The notes under the pieces: model-generated
Database searches by the model: none
What the model was told of the DNA's origin: nothing
What the model saw: only the letters and a program-made list of their open reading frames with translations
Translations under genes and position numbers: made by a program
Assembly (NCBI GenBank): GCA_964536205.1
Contig: CAZHVT010000002.1
Location: 67,982-120,008 of the forward strand
Direction: 5' to 3'
DNA length: 52,027 nucleotides
From: an uncultured Gammaproteobacteria bacterium
Lineage (GTDB): Bacteria > Patescibacteriota > Patescibacteriia > Magasanikbacterales > GCA-002688135
In this document: positions 1 through 8,232 of the stretch, piece by piece
Numbering within the stretch: the first letter of the stretch is position 1
How the letters are laid out: each line of letters starts with the position of its first letter

Positions 1-1146
1 CATGGGGGAGAGATTGTTGTAGCAGGAGAAACGCAAAAACTACTAAAATCAAATAACAAGAATAAATCACTCACATTAGATTATCTCCAGAAAAAAGAAA
101 GCATTCCAATCCCAGAACGGCGAAGATACAAAAATTTGGATGTCATAAAGGTGATTGGGGCTCATGCAAATAATCTGAAAAACATAGATGTTGAAATTCC
201 ATTGCGTCGATTGGTGTGTGTGACAGGAGTTTCAGGTTCAGGAAAATCTACGTTGGTAAATCACACACTTCATAAAACACTGTTGAATCGCTTGCGACAT
301 CTTAACAAAAAAGTAGGAGATGCCAAAGCAGTTTTGGGAACAGAATACATCGATAAAATCGCCCGCGTTTCACAATCTGCAATCGGACGAACACCTCGTT
401 CAAATCCTGTAACATACACAGGAGCATTCACGCACATCCGAGAATTATTTGCATTAACCGCAGACTCCAGAATGCGCGGGTGGAAACCAGGAAGATTCTC
501 ATTCAACGTCAAGCGAGAGCGCGGCGGCGGAAGATGTGCAAATTGTGAGGGAAACGGATTCCTCTCAATAGAAATGCATTTCTTGCCGACGGTATATGTC
601 ACATGCGATGTCTGTCACGGCAAAAGATTCGATCATGAAACGCTCGCTGTAAAATACAACAAAAAATCTATCGCTGATGTATTGGAAATGACTATCGAAG
701 AAGCTGCAGTATTCTTCAAAGACGTTCCAGCTGTGTTCGATAAAATGAAAGTTCTCAATGAAGTAGGTTTGGGTTATCTACAATTAGGACAATCCGCACG
801 CACACTCTCCGGCGGAGAAGCACAACGCGTAAAACTCGCAACACATCTCTCAAAACGCGACACCAGAAAAACATTATTCATTTTGGATGAGCCTACCGTA
901 GGATTGCATTATGAAGATGTGAAAAAACTTATTGATGTATTGCAAAGGTTAGTCGATCGAGGAAATACTGTTTTGGTTATCGAACATAACCTCGAAGTCA
1001 TCAAATGCGCTGACTGGATCATCGACCTAGGCCCTGAAGGAGGCGATCGCGGCGGAGAAGTAGTCGCAACAGGAACCCCAGAAGACGTATCAAAAAAAGC
1101 TGGAAGTTACACAGGAAAATACCTCAAGAAGGTACTCAGCGGTTGA
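1..1146 (+). CDS. uvrA: excinuclease ABC subunit A, C-terminal half (5' end outside window)
   Basis: Frame 1 open from base 1; Walker [10 protein letters not shown], Zn module [20 protein letters not shown] signature LSGGEAQR, Walker B LFILDEPT; TGA stop 1144-1146. Confidence 0.95.
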   Translation, partial: HGGEIVVAGETQKLLKSNNKNKSLTLDYLQKKESIPIPERRRYKNLDVIKVIGAHANNLKNIDVEIPLRRLVCVTGVSGSGKSTLVNHTLHKTLLNRLRHLNKKVGDAKAVLGTEYIDKIARVSQSAIGRTPRSNPVTYTGAFTHIRELFALTADSRMRGWKPGRFSFNVKRERGGGRCANCEGNGFLSIEMHFLPTVYVTCDVCHGKRFDHETLAVKYNKKSIADVLEMTIEEAAVFFKDVPAVFDKMKVLNEVGLGYLQLGQSARTLSGGEAQRVKLATHLSKRDTRKTLFILDEPTVGLHYEDVKKLIDVLQRLVDRGNTVLVIEHNLEVIKCADWIIDLGPEGGDRGGEVVATGTPEDVSKKAGSYTGKYLKKVLSG

Positions 1147-1200
1147 CACAGCTGAAAATCCATGATAGCGTAACGCCAGTTATTTTAAATGGGGTAAGAA

Positions 1201-1602
1201 ATGCCAATACTGACAATTCCAAATTGTGAGATTAGTTTTGAAAACAAATTGACTCCTGAATGGGAAATTATCGTCACGAAGCGTGATCATAAGGGGCTTT
1301 CCGCTGCCTATGGATTTGCGTTTGACCTCATCCGAGCACAGATCTGCGGAGGATTCTCTGAAGAAGAAGTCCCTCAAGAGGGGTCGCGGAAAAAATACTT
1401 GGTTGGTCGTTGGAGTGAATACTCATCTTTTCAAATGGAATTCAGGAAAGCGGAGCACATCAAGATCACACTCTCGATGTTCACGCCAGATGATGTGCGG
1501 GTTACCGTATCTCTGGTGCTCCCCGATGATAAGTATCACAAGGTCGATGCGTCTTTCAATGTTGAGACGGGTCTCTGTACTTCTTTGGGAGGAAGTAATT
1601 AG
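1201..1602 (+). CDS. hypothetical protein (133 aa) lying between two copies of the uvrA 3' end
   Basis: Only sizeable ORF in the 1147-1620 insert; same frame as uvrA; no recognisable motif, weak RBS. Confidence 0.45.
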   Translation: MPILTIPNCEISFENKLTPEWEIIVTKRDHKGLSAAYGFAFDLIRAQICGGFSEEEVPQEGSRKKYLVGRWSEYSSFQMEFRKAEHIKITLSMFTPDDVRVTVSLVLPDDKYHKVDASFNVETGLCTSLGGSN

Positions 1603-1620
1603 GGGGAGAAAAGCATGTCG

Positions 1621-1673
1621 AAAGCTGGAAGTTACACAGGAAAATACCTCAAGAAAGCGCTCAAGGGTTGACA
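1621..1673 (+). repeat. second (relic) copy of the uvrA 3' end
   Basis: 35 nt identical to 1096-1130 (aaagctggaagttacacaggaaaatacctcaagaa), then 13/18 matches through a TGA; translates [16 protein letters not shown] versus uvr[17 protein letters not shown]. Confidence 0.85.
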
Positions 1674-1738
1674 AGGAGAGTAAAAGATGATAGATTGATG
1701 TTGGTGTTCATTAATCAAAATGATTGAGTGGGGATAAG

Positions 1739-1903
1739 GTGAGAATTAAACGAAATGGGAAAGCTCGCTCAAAAAGAAAGCGGGCCATGAAAAAGCTCAC
1801 AAAAAAATTGTCACAAGTCGATATGAGCGACCCAAAGTTCCGCGCTCAACTGCAAGCAGCCTTGGAAAAAGAAGGTCTTGCAGATAAAGTAAAATTTGAT
1901 TAA
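1739..1903 (+). CDS. small basic hypothetical protein (54 aa from GTG; ATG alternative at 1787)
   Basis: Below the ORF-track cutoff; open frame VRIKRNGKARSKRKRAMKKL... ending TAA 1901-1903, followed directly by an intrinsic terminator. Confidence 0.3.
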   Translation: MRIKRNGKARSKRKRAMKKLTKKLSQVDMSDPKFRAQLQAALEKEGLADKVKFD

Positions 1904-1916
1904 ATCCTCGCGTAGG

Positions 1917-1942
1917 AAATCCGGTACATCCGGATTTTTTTA
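1917..1942 (+). terminator. intrinsic terminator
   Basis: aaatccgg-tacat-ccggattt followed by T-run. Confidence 0.6.
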
Positions 1943-1944
1943 TT

Positions 1945-1969
1945 AAAAAATCCGAGCATTTTCTCGGAT
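1945..1969 (-). terminator. intrinsic terminator for the 1974-2348 gene
   Basis: atccgag-catttt-ctcggat; on the minus strand it is followed by TTTTTT. Confidence 0.55.
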
Positions 1970-1973
1970 ATGT

Positions 1974-2348
1974 TTACGAAACAGCTGTGTCGGGGGCTGT
2001 TTCTGTTCCTTCGACCTGATGTTTCACTGTGTCATTTTCCGCTGGGTCAGGAGGATCCAAGCGAATAAATTGCATGAGTTTACTCAGGTCTATGCAAGAA
2101 TCTGGATTGTGATGTAAGCGAAAATTGCAGCCGTTTTCATCAACACTGATGACGCCATCCAGAAGACCAAACAAGGCGCTATGAACCTCTGCATCTTGGT
2201 AGACAAAATGCTCGCCAAGATGTTCTCTTAGCTCTCGAGCAATACCACTTGGGAACAACATGCAGTTAGGCTTTTTGACACGAATCAATTGTAGAATGAG
2301 TAGTTCAATGAAGCTTTTTCTGAAGTTATCTTGTGTAACATCTGACAT
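1974..2348 (-). CDS. hypothetical protein (124 aa), possibly a winged-helix fold
   Basis: AAGGAG RBS upstream of ATG 2348; N-terminal FIELLILQLI resembles PadR-like helices (weak). Confidence 0.6.
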   Translation of the reverse strand: MSDVTQDNFRKSFIELLILQLIRVKKPNCMLFPSGIARELREHLGEHFVYQDAEVHSALFGLLDGVISVDENGCNFRLHHNPDSCIDLSKLMQFIRLDPPDPAENDTVKHQVEGTETAPDTAVS

Positions 2349-2455
2349 GTCTACTTCTCCTTAAAGATCGATCTTACAGAATGTATCATACGTAAAAGAA
2401 ATCGTCAATAATAGCTGGTTGTGTTAGAAATGTTGAGGTGGTAGGTTGGTCATCT

Positions 2456-3709
2456 ATGAGAAAGAAACTACAAAGAAAATTAATTCGTGAGATTGCAGAT
2501 GAGCAGCCACAGATTGAACCGAAATGTCCATACTTTGGGAAGTGTGGGGGCTGTTTTATGCAAGATGTGGATTATGAACATCAGAAAATCGTGAAGCAGA
2601 AATTTTTACAGAAATTGTTTGATGATGCAGAAATCGAAATTGAAGTACCGCTTCCAGAATCATCTCCAGATATTTTTTATTATCGAAACAGAATGGATTT
2701 TCCGATTGGTGAAAATCAGGAAATTGGATTGAAACCAATGGGGCGATGGATGGATGTGTTGAATTTAGAGATTTGTTTTCTACAATCCGAACCTTCACAT
2801 GAAATCACAGATATCGTCAGAGGTTGGATAAAGAAATGGAAATTGCCAGGATGGAATGTGGTACGTCATAAAGGGTATGCGCGCTATGTCGTCATTCGCG
2901 AAGGAAAAAATACAGGAGAGCGAATGGTGATTCTTGTGACTCATAAAGATGAACGAGCGGGGGATACTGATCTCGTAAAAGCTTTTGAAGATCTGGTTGA
3001 AAGATTGAAACCACTCGCAACAACAATCTATCACGCCATCAATCCACGTGTCACAGATATCTCAATCGGAGATGAAATGAAATTATTGCATGGCGATCCA
3101 TTATTAAAAGAAGAAGTAAATGGACTCACATATTTCATTTCACCATTCTCATTTTTTCAGACGAATACAGAAGCTGCAGCACTTTTACAAGAATATGTAG
3201 TTGGTCTTGTCATCCCGGCGCAGGCCGGGATCCAGGATTCTAAAGGCATGGATCCCGGCCTGCGCCGAGATGACAGGCTAAAAGTCCTCGATTTGTATTG
3301 CGGTTCAGGATTTTTTACTTTGCCATTAGCAAAAGCAGGAATTGACGTCGTCGGCGTAGAACTCGACCCAGCATCAATAGAAATGGCAGAAAAAAACGCA
3401 AAAGAAAACGACATAACAAACGCAACATTCCACGCCATCGACGCAAAACTCCACACAAAAGAATTACAGAAAAGACAGTACGATACCATCATAGTAGATC
3501 CACCCCGCGCCGGCCTCCATCCCAAAGTAATCCGCAAACTCATTGAAATTGAGCCACAAGAAATAATATATGTCTCATGTGGCCCTGCACGCCTCACACA
3601 CGAACTCCCGCAATTCCTCGAGCACTTCAATCTCACATCAATCAAAACATTCGACATGTTCCCACACACGCCACATGTCGAAACAGTCATAACTCTGAAA
3701 AGAAAATAA
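2456..3709 (+). CDS. RumA/TrmA-family RNA (uracil-C5)-methyltransferase carrying an in-frame palindromic insert
   Basis: Fe-S Cys cluster CPYFGKCGGC, SAM motif VLDLYCGSGFF, DPPRAG, catalytic-region YVSCGP; GTG 2438 is an alternative start. Confidence 0.88.
   Translation: MRKKLQRKLIREIADEQPQIEPKCPYFGKCGGCFMQDVDYEHQKIVKQKFLQKLFDDAEIEIEVPLPESSPDIFYYRNRMDFPIGENQEIGLKPMGRWMDVLNLEICFLQSEPSHEITDIVRGWIKKWKLPGWNVVRHKGYARYVVIREGKNTGERMVILVTHKDERAGDTDLVKAFEDLVERLKPLATTIYHAINPRVTDISIGDEMKLLHGDPLLKEEVNGLTYFISPFSFFQTNTEAAALLQEYVVGLVIPAQAGIQDSKGMDPGLRRDDRLKVLDLYCGSGFFTLPLAKAGIDVVGVELDPASIEMAEKNAKENDITNATFHAIDAKLHTKELQKRQYDTIIVDPPRAGLHPKVIRKLIEIEPQEIIYVSCGPARLTHELPQFLEHFNLTSIKTFDMFPHTPHVETVITLKRK
3209..3274. 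repeat. 66-bp GTCAT...ATGAC palindromic element inserted in frame in the methyltransferase gene
   Basis: Arms gtcatcccggcgcaggccgggatcc (3209-3233) and ggatcccggcctgcgccgagatgac (3250-3274) are complementary with 1 mismatch; 22 codons = VIPAQAGIQDSKGMDPGLRRDD. Confidence 0.9.
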
Positions 3710-3713
3710 AATA

Positions 3714-3744
3714 AAAAACCTGCATAGACTATGCAGGTTTTTTG
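3714..3744. terminator. bidirectional intrinsic terminator
   Basis: cctgcata-gac-tatgcagg flanked by A-run and T-run, between convergent genes. Confidence 0.75.
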
Positions 3745-3768
3745 ATCGAAATAACAATCAGGCAAACA

Positions 3769-4560
3769 CTATTCTGAAACAGTGACAGTGTGTGTATAGG
3801 TTTTCAAGATATTTTCGTCATTGTCGAGAATATGGACAGTGAGAGTTTTTTGACCAGCGGAATCAACTGGAACACTGATAATCTGGTCGCCAGACGTTCC
3901 TGTCCAAAATGTGGTGATGTGTTGCGTGCCATCATATGTGTCGGAAGTTCCGAAGGTTTGAATAGATCCGGAAAATGTTGCGCCAGTATTTGTCCACTCA
4001 AATGTTGATCTTGGAACAAATTCTCCTACAGTAAATGTGTCACCATCAAATGATCCACTGAACTTGGAAATATCGATAGATGCAGCCGCTGCTTCAGTTG
4101 CCGTGAAAGAATGGGTAAATGTTTTGAGTAGATTACCATCTTCATCAAGAAGGTTAATATTAAGTGGTACTACTCCTGCATTATCGAGTGTCAGATAGAT
4201 GAAGCTTGTTCCACTTTTTGTTTTCGAGAAGCTAGTTTTGGATGAGTGAGGATAGTAGTAGTCTGAAGCATCTGCTGTAACAAGTTCTCCCGAGAAATCA
4301 TCACCGCCATAGGTATATGTGAATTCCACATATGCATTTTCCTGGCCAACTGAAAAGGCATCACCCAAGAATGTTACTTTAAATGTTGATACATCGATTG
4401 AAGTACTCGGAACATCACTTACCCATTTTTTTCCAGCCTTGGCAGCTTTTGCCTTAAGTAGTTTATTGATACTGGTATATCGAGCCTTCATCTCATCCTT
4501 ATGAGTGGCACTAATACCTGCATCCAATTTAAGAGGGTGATCACTTACTTTATAATTCAC
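3769..4560 (-). CDS. distal part of a secreted tandem-domain surface protein (continues in frame from 4702-5049 across one TAG)
   Basis: Two roughly 100-aa repeats each ending ...L(L/H)ILD(E/N)D(G/E)N(L/I)LKT(F/Y)THxxT; frame stays open upstream to the TAG at 4702-4704. Confidence 0.7.
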   Translation of the reverse strand: MNYKVSDHPLKLDAGISATHKDEMKARYTSINKLLKAKAAKAGKKWVSDVPSTSIDVSTFKVTFLGDAFSVGQENAYVEFTYTYGGDDFSGELVTADASDYYYPHSSKTSFSKTKSGTSFIYLTLDNAGVVPLNINLLDEDGNLLKTFTHSFTATEAAAASIDISKFSGSFDGDTFTVGEFVPRSTFEWTNTGATFSGSIQTFGTSDTYDGTQHITTFWTGTSGDQIISVPVDSAGQKTLTVHILDNDENILKTYTHTVTVSE

Positions 4561-4701
4561 AAAAAAACCATCAGGAATATCATCAACATGTTTTGCCCAA
4601 TTATTTCCGTAGTGGAAGCGAGCGGTTTCTTCATTTGCAATAGCGGATAACGAACCATCATATCCTACAAAATATACAGTCGGATCAGAGGTGATTTTTA
4701 C

Positions 4702-5049
4702 CTATCGCGTACCAGGGCGATACGTCACATTTCCACCAATTTTATAAGACGCAAGTTTGGCTGGAGTAACGACACTAATATCTCCCAAAATATCCTTCCA
4801 TGAGTTGTAGATCTTTTCATTGGGAAATACATAGCGCTTAGAATCTTCCGCTACGTAGTACACAGCTGGATGATCAGCCGTTTTGATGAGTGTGCCTGTA
4901 TCTGATGCAGCTTGTGCATGATTTACAAACATAATACTCATAGCCAAACACATGGCAGAAAGTATCAAGCCACGATAAAACGAGGCAACATGAATGCTCA
5001 TAGAAAGTAGATAATAAATAGTAGATAAGTATAACACAGATATTGACAA
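4702..5049 (-). CDS. proximal part of the same surface protein (signal peptide plus start of a conserved domain), ended by an in-frame TAG
   Basis: Signal-like MSIHVASFYRGLILSAMCLAMSIMFVNHAQA|AS (likely ATG at 5001); same frame as 3769-4560. Confidence 0.65.
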   Translation of the reverse strand: MSISVLYLSTIYYLLSMSIHVASFYRGLILSAMCLAMSIMFVNHAQAASDTGTLIKTADHPAVYYVAEDSKRYVFPNEKIYNSWKDILGDISVVTPAKLASYKIGGNVTYRPGTR

Positions 5050-5071
5050 AAAAATAAAAAAAGGTTAGATT
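5043..5071 (+). promoter_or_regulatory. sigma70-type promoter
   Basis: TTGACA-17 nt-TAGATT, 27 nt before ATG 5099 with an AGAGGA RBS. Confidence 0.6.
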
Positions 5072-5098
5072 GTATTCGCTCATTAACAAGAGGAAAAC

Positions 5099-5779
5099 AT
5101 GGAAATCAGATATATCGTAACGGATGTCGATGGGGTAATTCTCGATCGAATGCACATGTTCGCGGAAATTTTTGCACAACTTGCATCTCAGAAATGGGGA
5201 GCGCAAAAAGTGCTTGCTAGCGAGTACTATCTTTCAACAGCAGGTACGCCGCTGCCAGATCAACTTCGTGGCTTTGCAGAAATTTGTTCGCAAAAGCCGA
5301 AAAATGAAGAAATCAAATTGCTCGAGAAAAACTTTTTCGCAGAGGTTCAAAAGCGGCGAGTTCCAGTTTTCGAAGGTGCTGTAGCGACGATCACATCACT
5401 ACATCGCATGGGAAAACGCTTCTTCGCAACAACAGGATCGCAAACCGCCGAAATCGTACGAATTTTCAAGGCGATCGAAATCTTCGATTGTTATGAAAAA
5501 ATCATGGGGTCTGACAAGATTCCAAAAAGCGCAACACATATTCTAGGGTTTGCGATTCATCTACGAATCCCACTCGAGGATTTCGCTACTCATGTGATAT
5601 ACGTTGGCGATGGTCCATACGATATGGAAATCGCAAAAAGTTGTGGTATTGTAGGAGTCGGCATTCCATCAACAGTTCCAGAGGATAGACTTCGCGAAGC
5701 TGGAGCTTCACACATCATCCAATCATTCGCAGAACTTCCTGCATTGATCGAAAAACTAGAAGGAGAAAAACTTGAATGA
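5099..5779 (+). CDS. HAD-superfamily hydrolase
   Basis: Motif I VTDVDGVILD, motif III/IV VGDGPYDMEIAKSCG. Confidence 0.85.
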   Translation: MEIRYIVTDVDGVILDRMHMFAEIFAQLASQKWGAQKVLASEYYLSTAGTPLPDQLRGFAEICSQKPKNEEIKLLEKNFFAEVQKRRVPVFEGAVATITSLHRMGKRFFATTGSQTAEIVRIFKAIEIFDCYEKIMGSDKIPKSATHILGFAIHLRIPLEDFATHVIYVGDGPYDMEIAKSCGIVGVGIPSTVPEDRLREAGASHIIQSFAELPALIEKLEGEKLE

Positions 5780-5978
5780 GTTCTATCATTGGTACGATCA
5801 TCTTGACGTCAACTCCCCGTTGTTCGGGAGTCTGACCAAAATCGCTGTCATGTTCGCACTCATCATGGTGCCCATGGCAGCGCTGACCAACGGCGATACA
5901 ACATGGATCAAACTTGTTGGAGCAGCTGCGCTTGGTTTTATCACCATTTCGAGGATCCGTTACGTCAATAACTGGTAG
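5772..5978 (+). CDS. small membrane protein (68 aa, TTG start overlapping the HAD stop)
   Basis: Two hydrophobic segments; followed by a clean terminator. Confidence 0.45.
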   Translation: MNEFYHWYDHLDVNSPLFGSLTKIAVMFALIMVPMAALTNGDTTWIKLVGAAALGFITISRIRYVNNW

Positions 5979-5984
5979 TACTCT

Positions 5985-6009
5985 ATCCCGACACGATCGG
6001 GATTTTTTA
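5985..6009 (+). terminator. intrinsic terminator
   Basis: atcccga-cacga-tcgggat plus T-run. Confidence 0.7.
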
Positions 6010-6038
6010 TTGACAAGGTTTGAAATAAGTGGTAGTGT
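6010..6038 (+). promoter_or_regulatory. candidate promoter
   Basis: TTGACA-17 nt-TAGTGT upstream of the 6074 gene. Confidence 0.4.
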
Positions 6039-6073
6039 ATCGAGTCGATCATTAAATACAAAGGATTGAAATA

Positions 6074-6634
6074 ATGAGCACTTCAAAGTACAGGTTTGAT
6101 GCACAATCAGATCCTCCGACTACGCATCCCTTTCGGATCATCATGCCTGCTGCTGCGCGAAGGCGGTTGCAGCACACGTGTTTTCGAAACGGAGATTCGG
6201 GTTCGGGAAAATTTCGTTTCTGGACAAATTTCTGGGCGGTGTTACAGCACTACGATGTGCGTGTCAGGTTGATTGAGGAAATCTCTGACATTCTCGAAAA
6301 TGAAGAGAATCCCTATGGCACATGGGATTTCACCATCAAACATCCGGATATGTGGATTGGCTGGGCATCAACCATGTCACTAGAAAAGCTTCCACGAGGA
6401 ACCAGAATTAAGCCATTCAAACCAAATAAAAGAACGAATGCGTTCGCGGTATCGAGTAAAAAATTCAAAGCACCGCGCACGCGAGCAATCACATTTGTAG
6501 TGAATATCAAAGAAGATGATCCGCTGGATGTAGTCATCGTCTACTCAATCTATCCCGGACAAGCCGTAGAACTCAACAGGCGAATCCCCGCCGAAGAAGC
6601 AGTTTTCATTCCGCTTGAACACAAAGGAGTTTAA
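6074..6634 (+). CDS. hypothetical protein (186 aa)
   Basis: AAGGA RBS before ATG; no recognisable domain. Confidence 0.65.
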   Translation: MSTSKYRFDAQSDPPTTHPFRIIMPAAARRRLQHTCFRNGDSGSGKFRFWTNFWAVLQHYDVRVRLIEEISDILENEENPYGTWDFTIKHPDMWIGWASTMSLEKLPRGTRIKPFKPNKRTNAFAVSSKKFKAPRTRAITFVVNIKEDDPLDVVIVYSIYPGQAVELNRRIPAEEAVFIPLEHKGV

Positions 6635-6861
6635 ATGAAAGATCTCGTAGGAAAAAACGTTCATATCATACACAACGCACCGATGGAAGGGGGGGTGACG
6701 AATTAGTCCGGCAAGTTTTGCCGTGCAAGGTAGTGACAGTCGACAATCACATGATTCGCGTAGAATATGTGAATGAGGGATATCGCAGAGGTGACGACAC
6801 GACAGAATACAGGTGGTTCAATACCCACGCCAGCTCATTCATTTCCATCGACGAAAGGTAA
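6635..6861 (+). pseudogene. small gene (about 75 codons) broken by a frameshift at a G7 run
   Basis: ATG 6635 frame stops at TAG 6704-6706. The frame entered by adding one G to the G-run 6689-6695 reads on ...GGDELVRQVLPCKVVTVDNHMIRVEYVNEGYRRGDDTTEYRWFNTHASSFISIDER* to 6861, then a terminator. Confidence 0.4.
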
Positions 6862-6866
6862 ACAAA

Positions 6867-6893
6867 AATCCCGATTGCTCGGGATTATTTTTT
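6867..6893. terminator. bidirectional intrinsic terminator
   Basis: aatcccga-ttgc-tcgggatt with flanking A/T runs. Confidence 0.7.
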
Positions 6894-6901
6894 TGTTTAA
6901 A

Positions 6902-7288
6902 TTACAAGTACCACGCTACGTATCCGAGATATAAACCAATCACAAGAGAAGCAAACAACCATGGTCGAAGCGCATCACCCTTACCAAACTTCTTGAGCAT
7001 TCGTTTTGAGAAACCTGGATTTGCAAGACGAACAACTCCTTTGGCAAGTGCCATCCAACCAAGTAATGTCACCAAACCACGCCAATCAGCTTCCCACACA
7101 TTATAACTTAATATGTGCAAAATACCGATCAACAAAGAAAGAAAACCTGTGCCAAGTAAAAATGCATCGTTTGATGCAAATGACATCATGGTTTTCACGG
7201 CCTTTCTGTTGAACAAAAACGCGAGCGAAATAATGACGAGGTACAAAGACCAAGCCTTCGCTAAAAAGAGTCCTACCTCCATAAGCAT
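6902..7288 (-). CDS. integral membrane protein (128 aa)
   Basis: Four hydrophobic segments. Confidence 0.7.
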   Translation of the reverse strand: MLMEVGLFLAKAWSLYLVIISLAFLFNRKAVKTMMSFASNDAFLLGTGFLSLLIGILHILSYNVWEADWRGLVTLLGWMALAKGVVRLANPGFSKRMLKKFGKGDALRPWLFASLVIGLYLGYVAWYL

Positions 7289-7300
7289 AGGGGTTAAATA

Positions 7301-7621
7301 TTAGTTTTCAATTGTACCATTATTTGACGCCGCCAACAATGCATTCTTCAATTTCTTCAACAACTCCTCCATATCAAAAAAAGCGAGCGCAGGCCCAGAT
7401 ACATCAGCAGTATAGGTTTTCACAAGCGCCCAGCTATGCCATTTCGCAACAGGATTGATGGCTTCTGCAAATTTCTTTTCATGATATGCAGTTTCTGCAG
7501 CATTAAAATCATCAATAAAAACATGCACATGCTGTTTCGGATAATGCGGTGCAAATGTCTGATTCCACATCACGCGAGCTTCATCAAACATCTCATCTAT
7601 TGTTTTCGATTCTTCAGCCAT
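7301..7621 (-). CDS. hypothetical protein (106 aa)
   Basis: ATG start, last gene of a minus-strand operon. Confidence 0.6.
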   Translation of the reverse strand: MAEESKTIDEMFDEARVMWNQTFAPHYPKQHVHVFIDDFNAAETAYHEKKFAEAINPVAKWHSWALVKTYTADVSGPALAFFDMEELLKKLKNALLAASNNGTIEN

Positions 7622-7863
7622 AATGTTTTGAAAATCGGCATGGTGAGCGTAGACAGAATAAAAGCTCCGGCAGGGACAAGTGAATTGACAAAAGGTCTCG
7701 GTAAATCAGCCACCAAAAAAAACGCAACCACAACAAAATAAGTCAATACAAATATCAATATCCTTCGCGTCCAGCTTGTCTCCCAAGCCTTATCAGCTTC
7801 GACACGCTTATTTCGTTTGTGAAGTTTTAAAATAACCTGTTTTAATTTGTCGACATCTTCCAT
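7597..7863 (-). CDS. small two-TM membrane protein (88 aa)
   Basis: Charged N-terminus then two hydrophobic helices; abuts the msrB stop. Confidence 0.6.
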   Translation of the reverse strand: MEDVDKLKQVILKLHKRNKRVEADKAWETSWTRRILIFVLTYFVVVAFFLVADLPRPFVNSLVPAGAFILSTLTMPIFKTLWLKNRKQ

Positions 7864-7864
7864 A

Positions 7865-8230
7865 TTATTCCTTCAATTCAAAGTTGAGTGAAATCGAATT
7901 CACACAATGTCGAATATTTTTTGGGGTGAGTCCTTCGCCTTCAAATACATGTCCGAGATGCCCACCGCAATTAGCACAAGTAATTTCTGTGCGTTGTCCA
8001 TCTGCATCCAAAGTCCGCACAATCGCTCCTTCTATCTCATCATCAAAACTCGGCCATCCACAACCTGAATCAAACTTCTGATCAGAATGATACAGCTTTG
8101 TATCGCATTTTTTACATGTATATACGCCCTTCTCATCATGCTCATAGTATACACCAGAATATGGTGCTTCTGTACCTTTATCATCTATAACTTCTTTTTC
8201 TTCAGGCGTGAGTTCATTGTAGTCATCCAT
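7865..8230 (-). CDS. msrB: peptide-methionine (R)-S-oxide reductase
   Basis: CxxC...CxxC zinc site ([20 protein letters not shown]), CGWPSF, catalytic RHCVNS. Confidence 0.95.
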   Translation of the reverse strand: MDDYNELTPEEKEVIDDKGTEAPYSGVYYEHDEKGVYTCKKCDTKLYHSDQKFDSGCGWPSFDDEIEGAIVRTLDADGQRTEITCANCGGHLGHVFEGEGLTPKNIRHCVNSISLNFELKE

Positions 8231-8232
8231 AT

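Noticed and set aside
3157-3765. 202-aa minus-strand ORF opposite the methyltransferase gene
   Set aside because: It is entirely antisense to a gene with clear catalytic motifs and reads through the palindromic insert.
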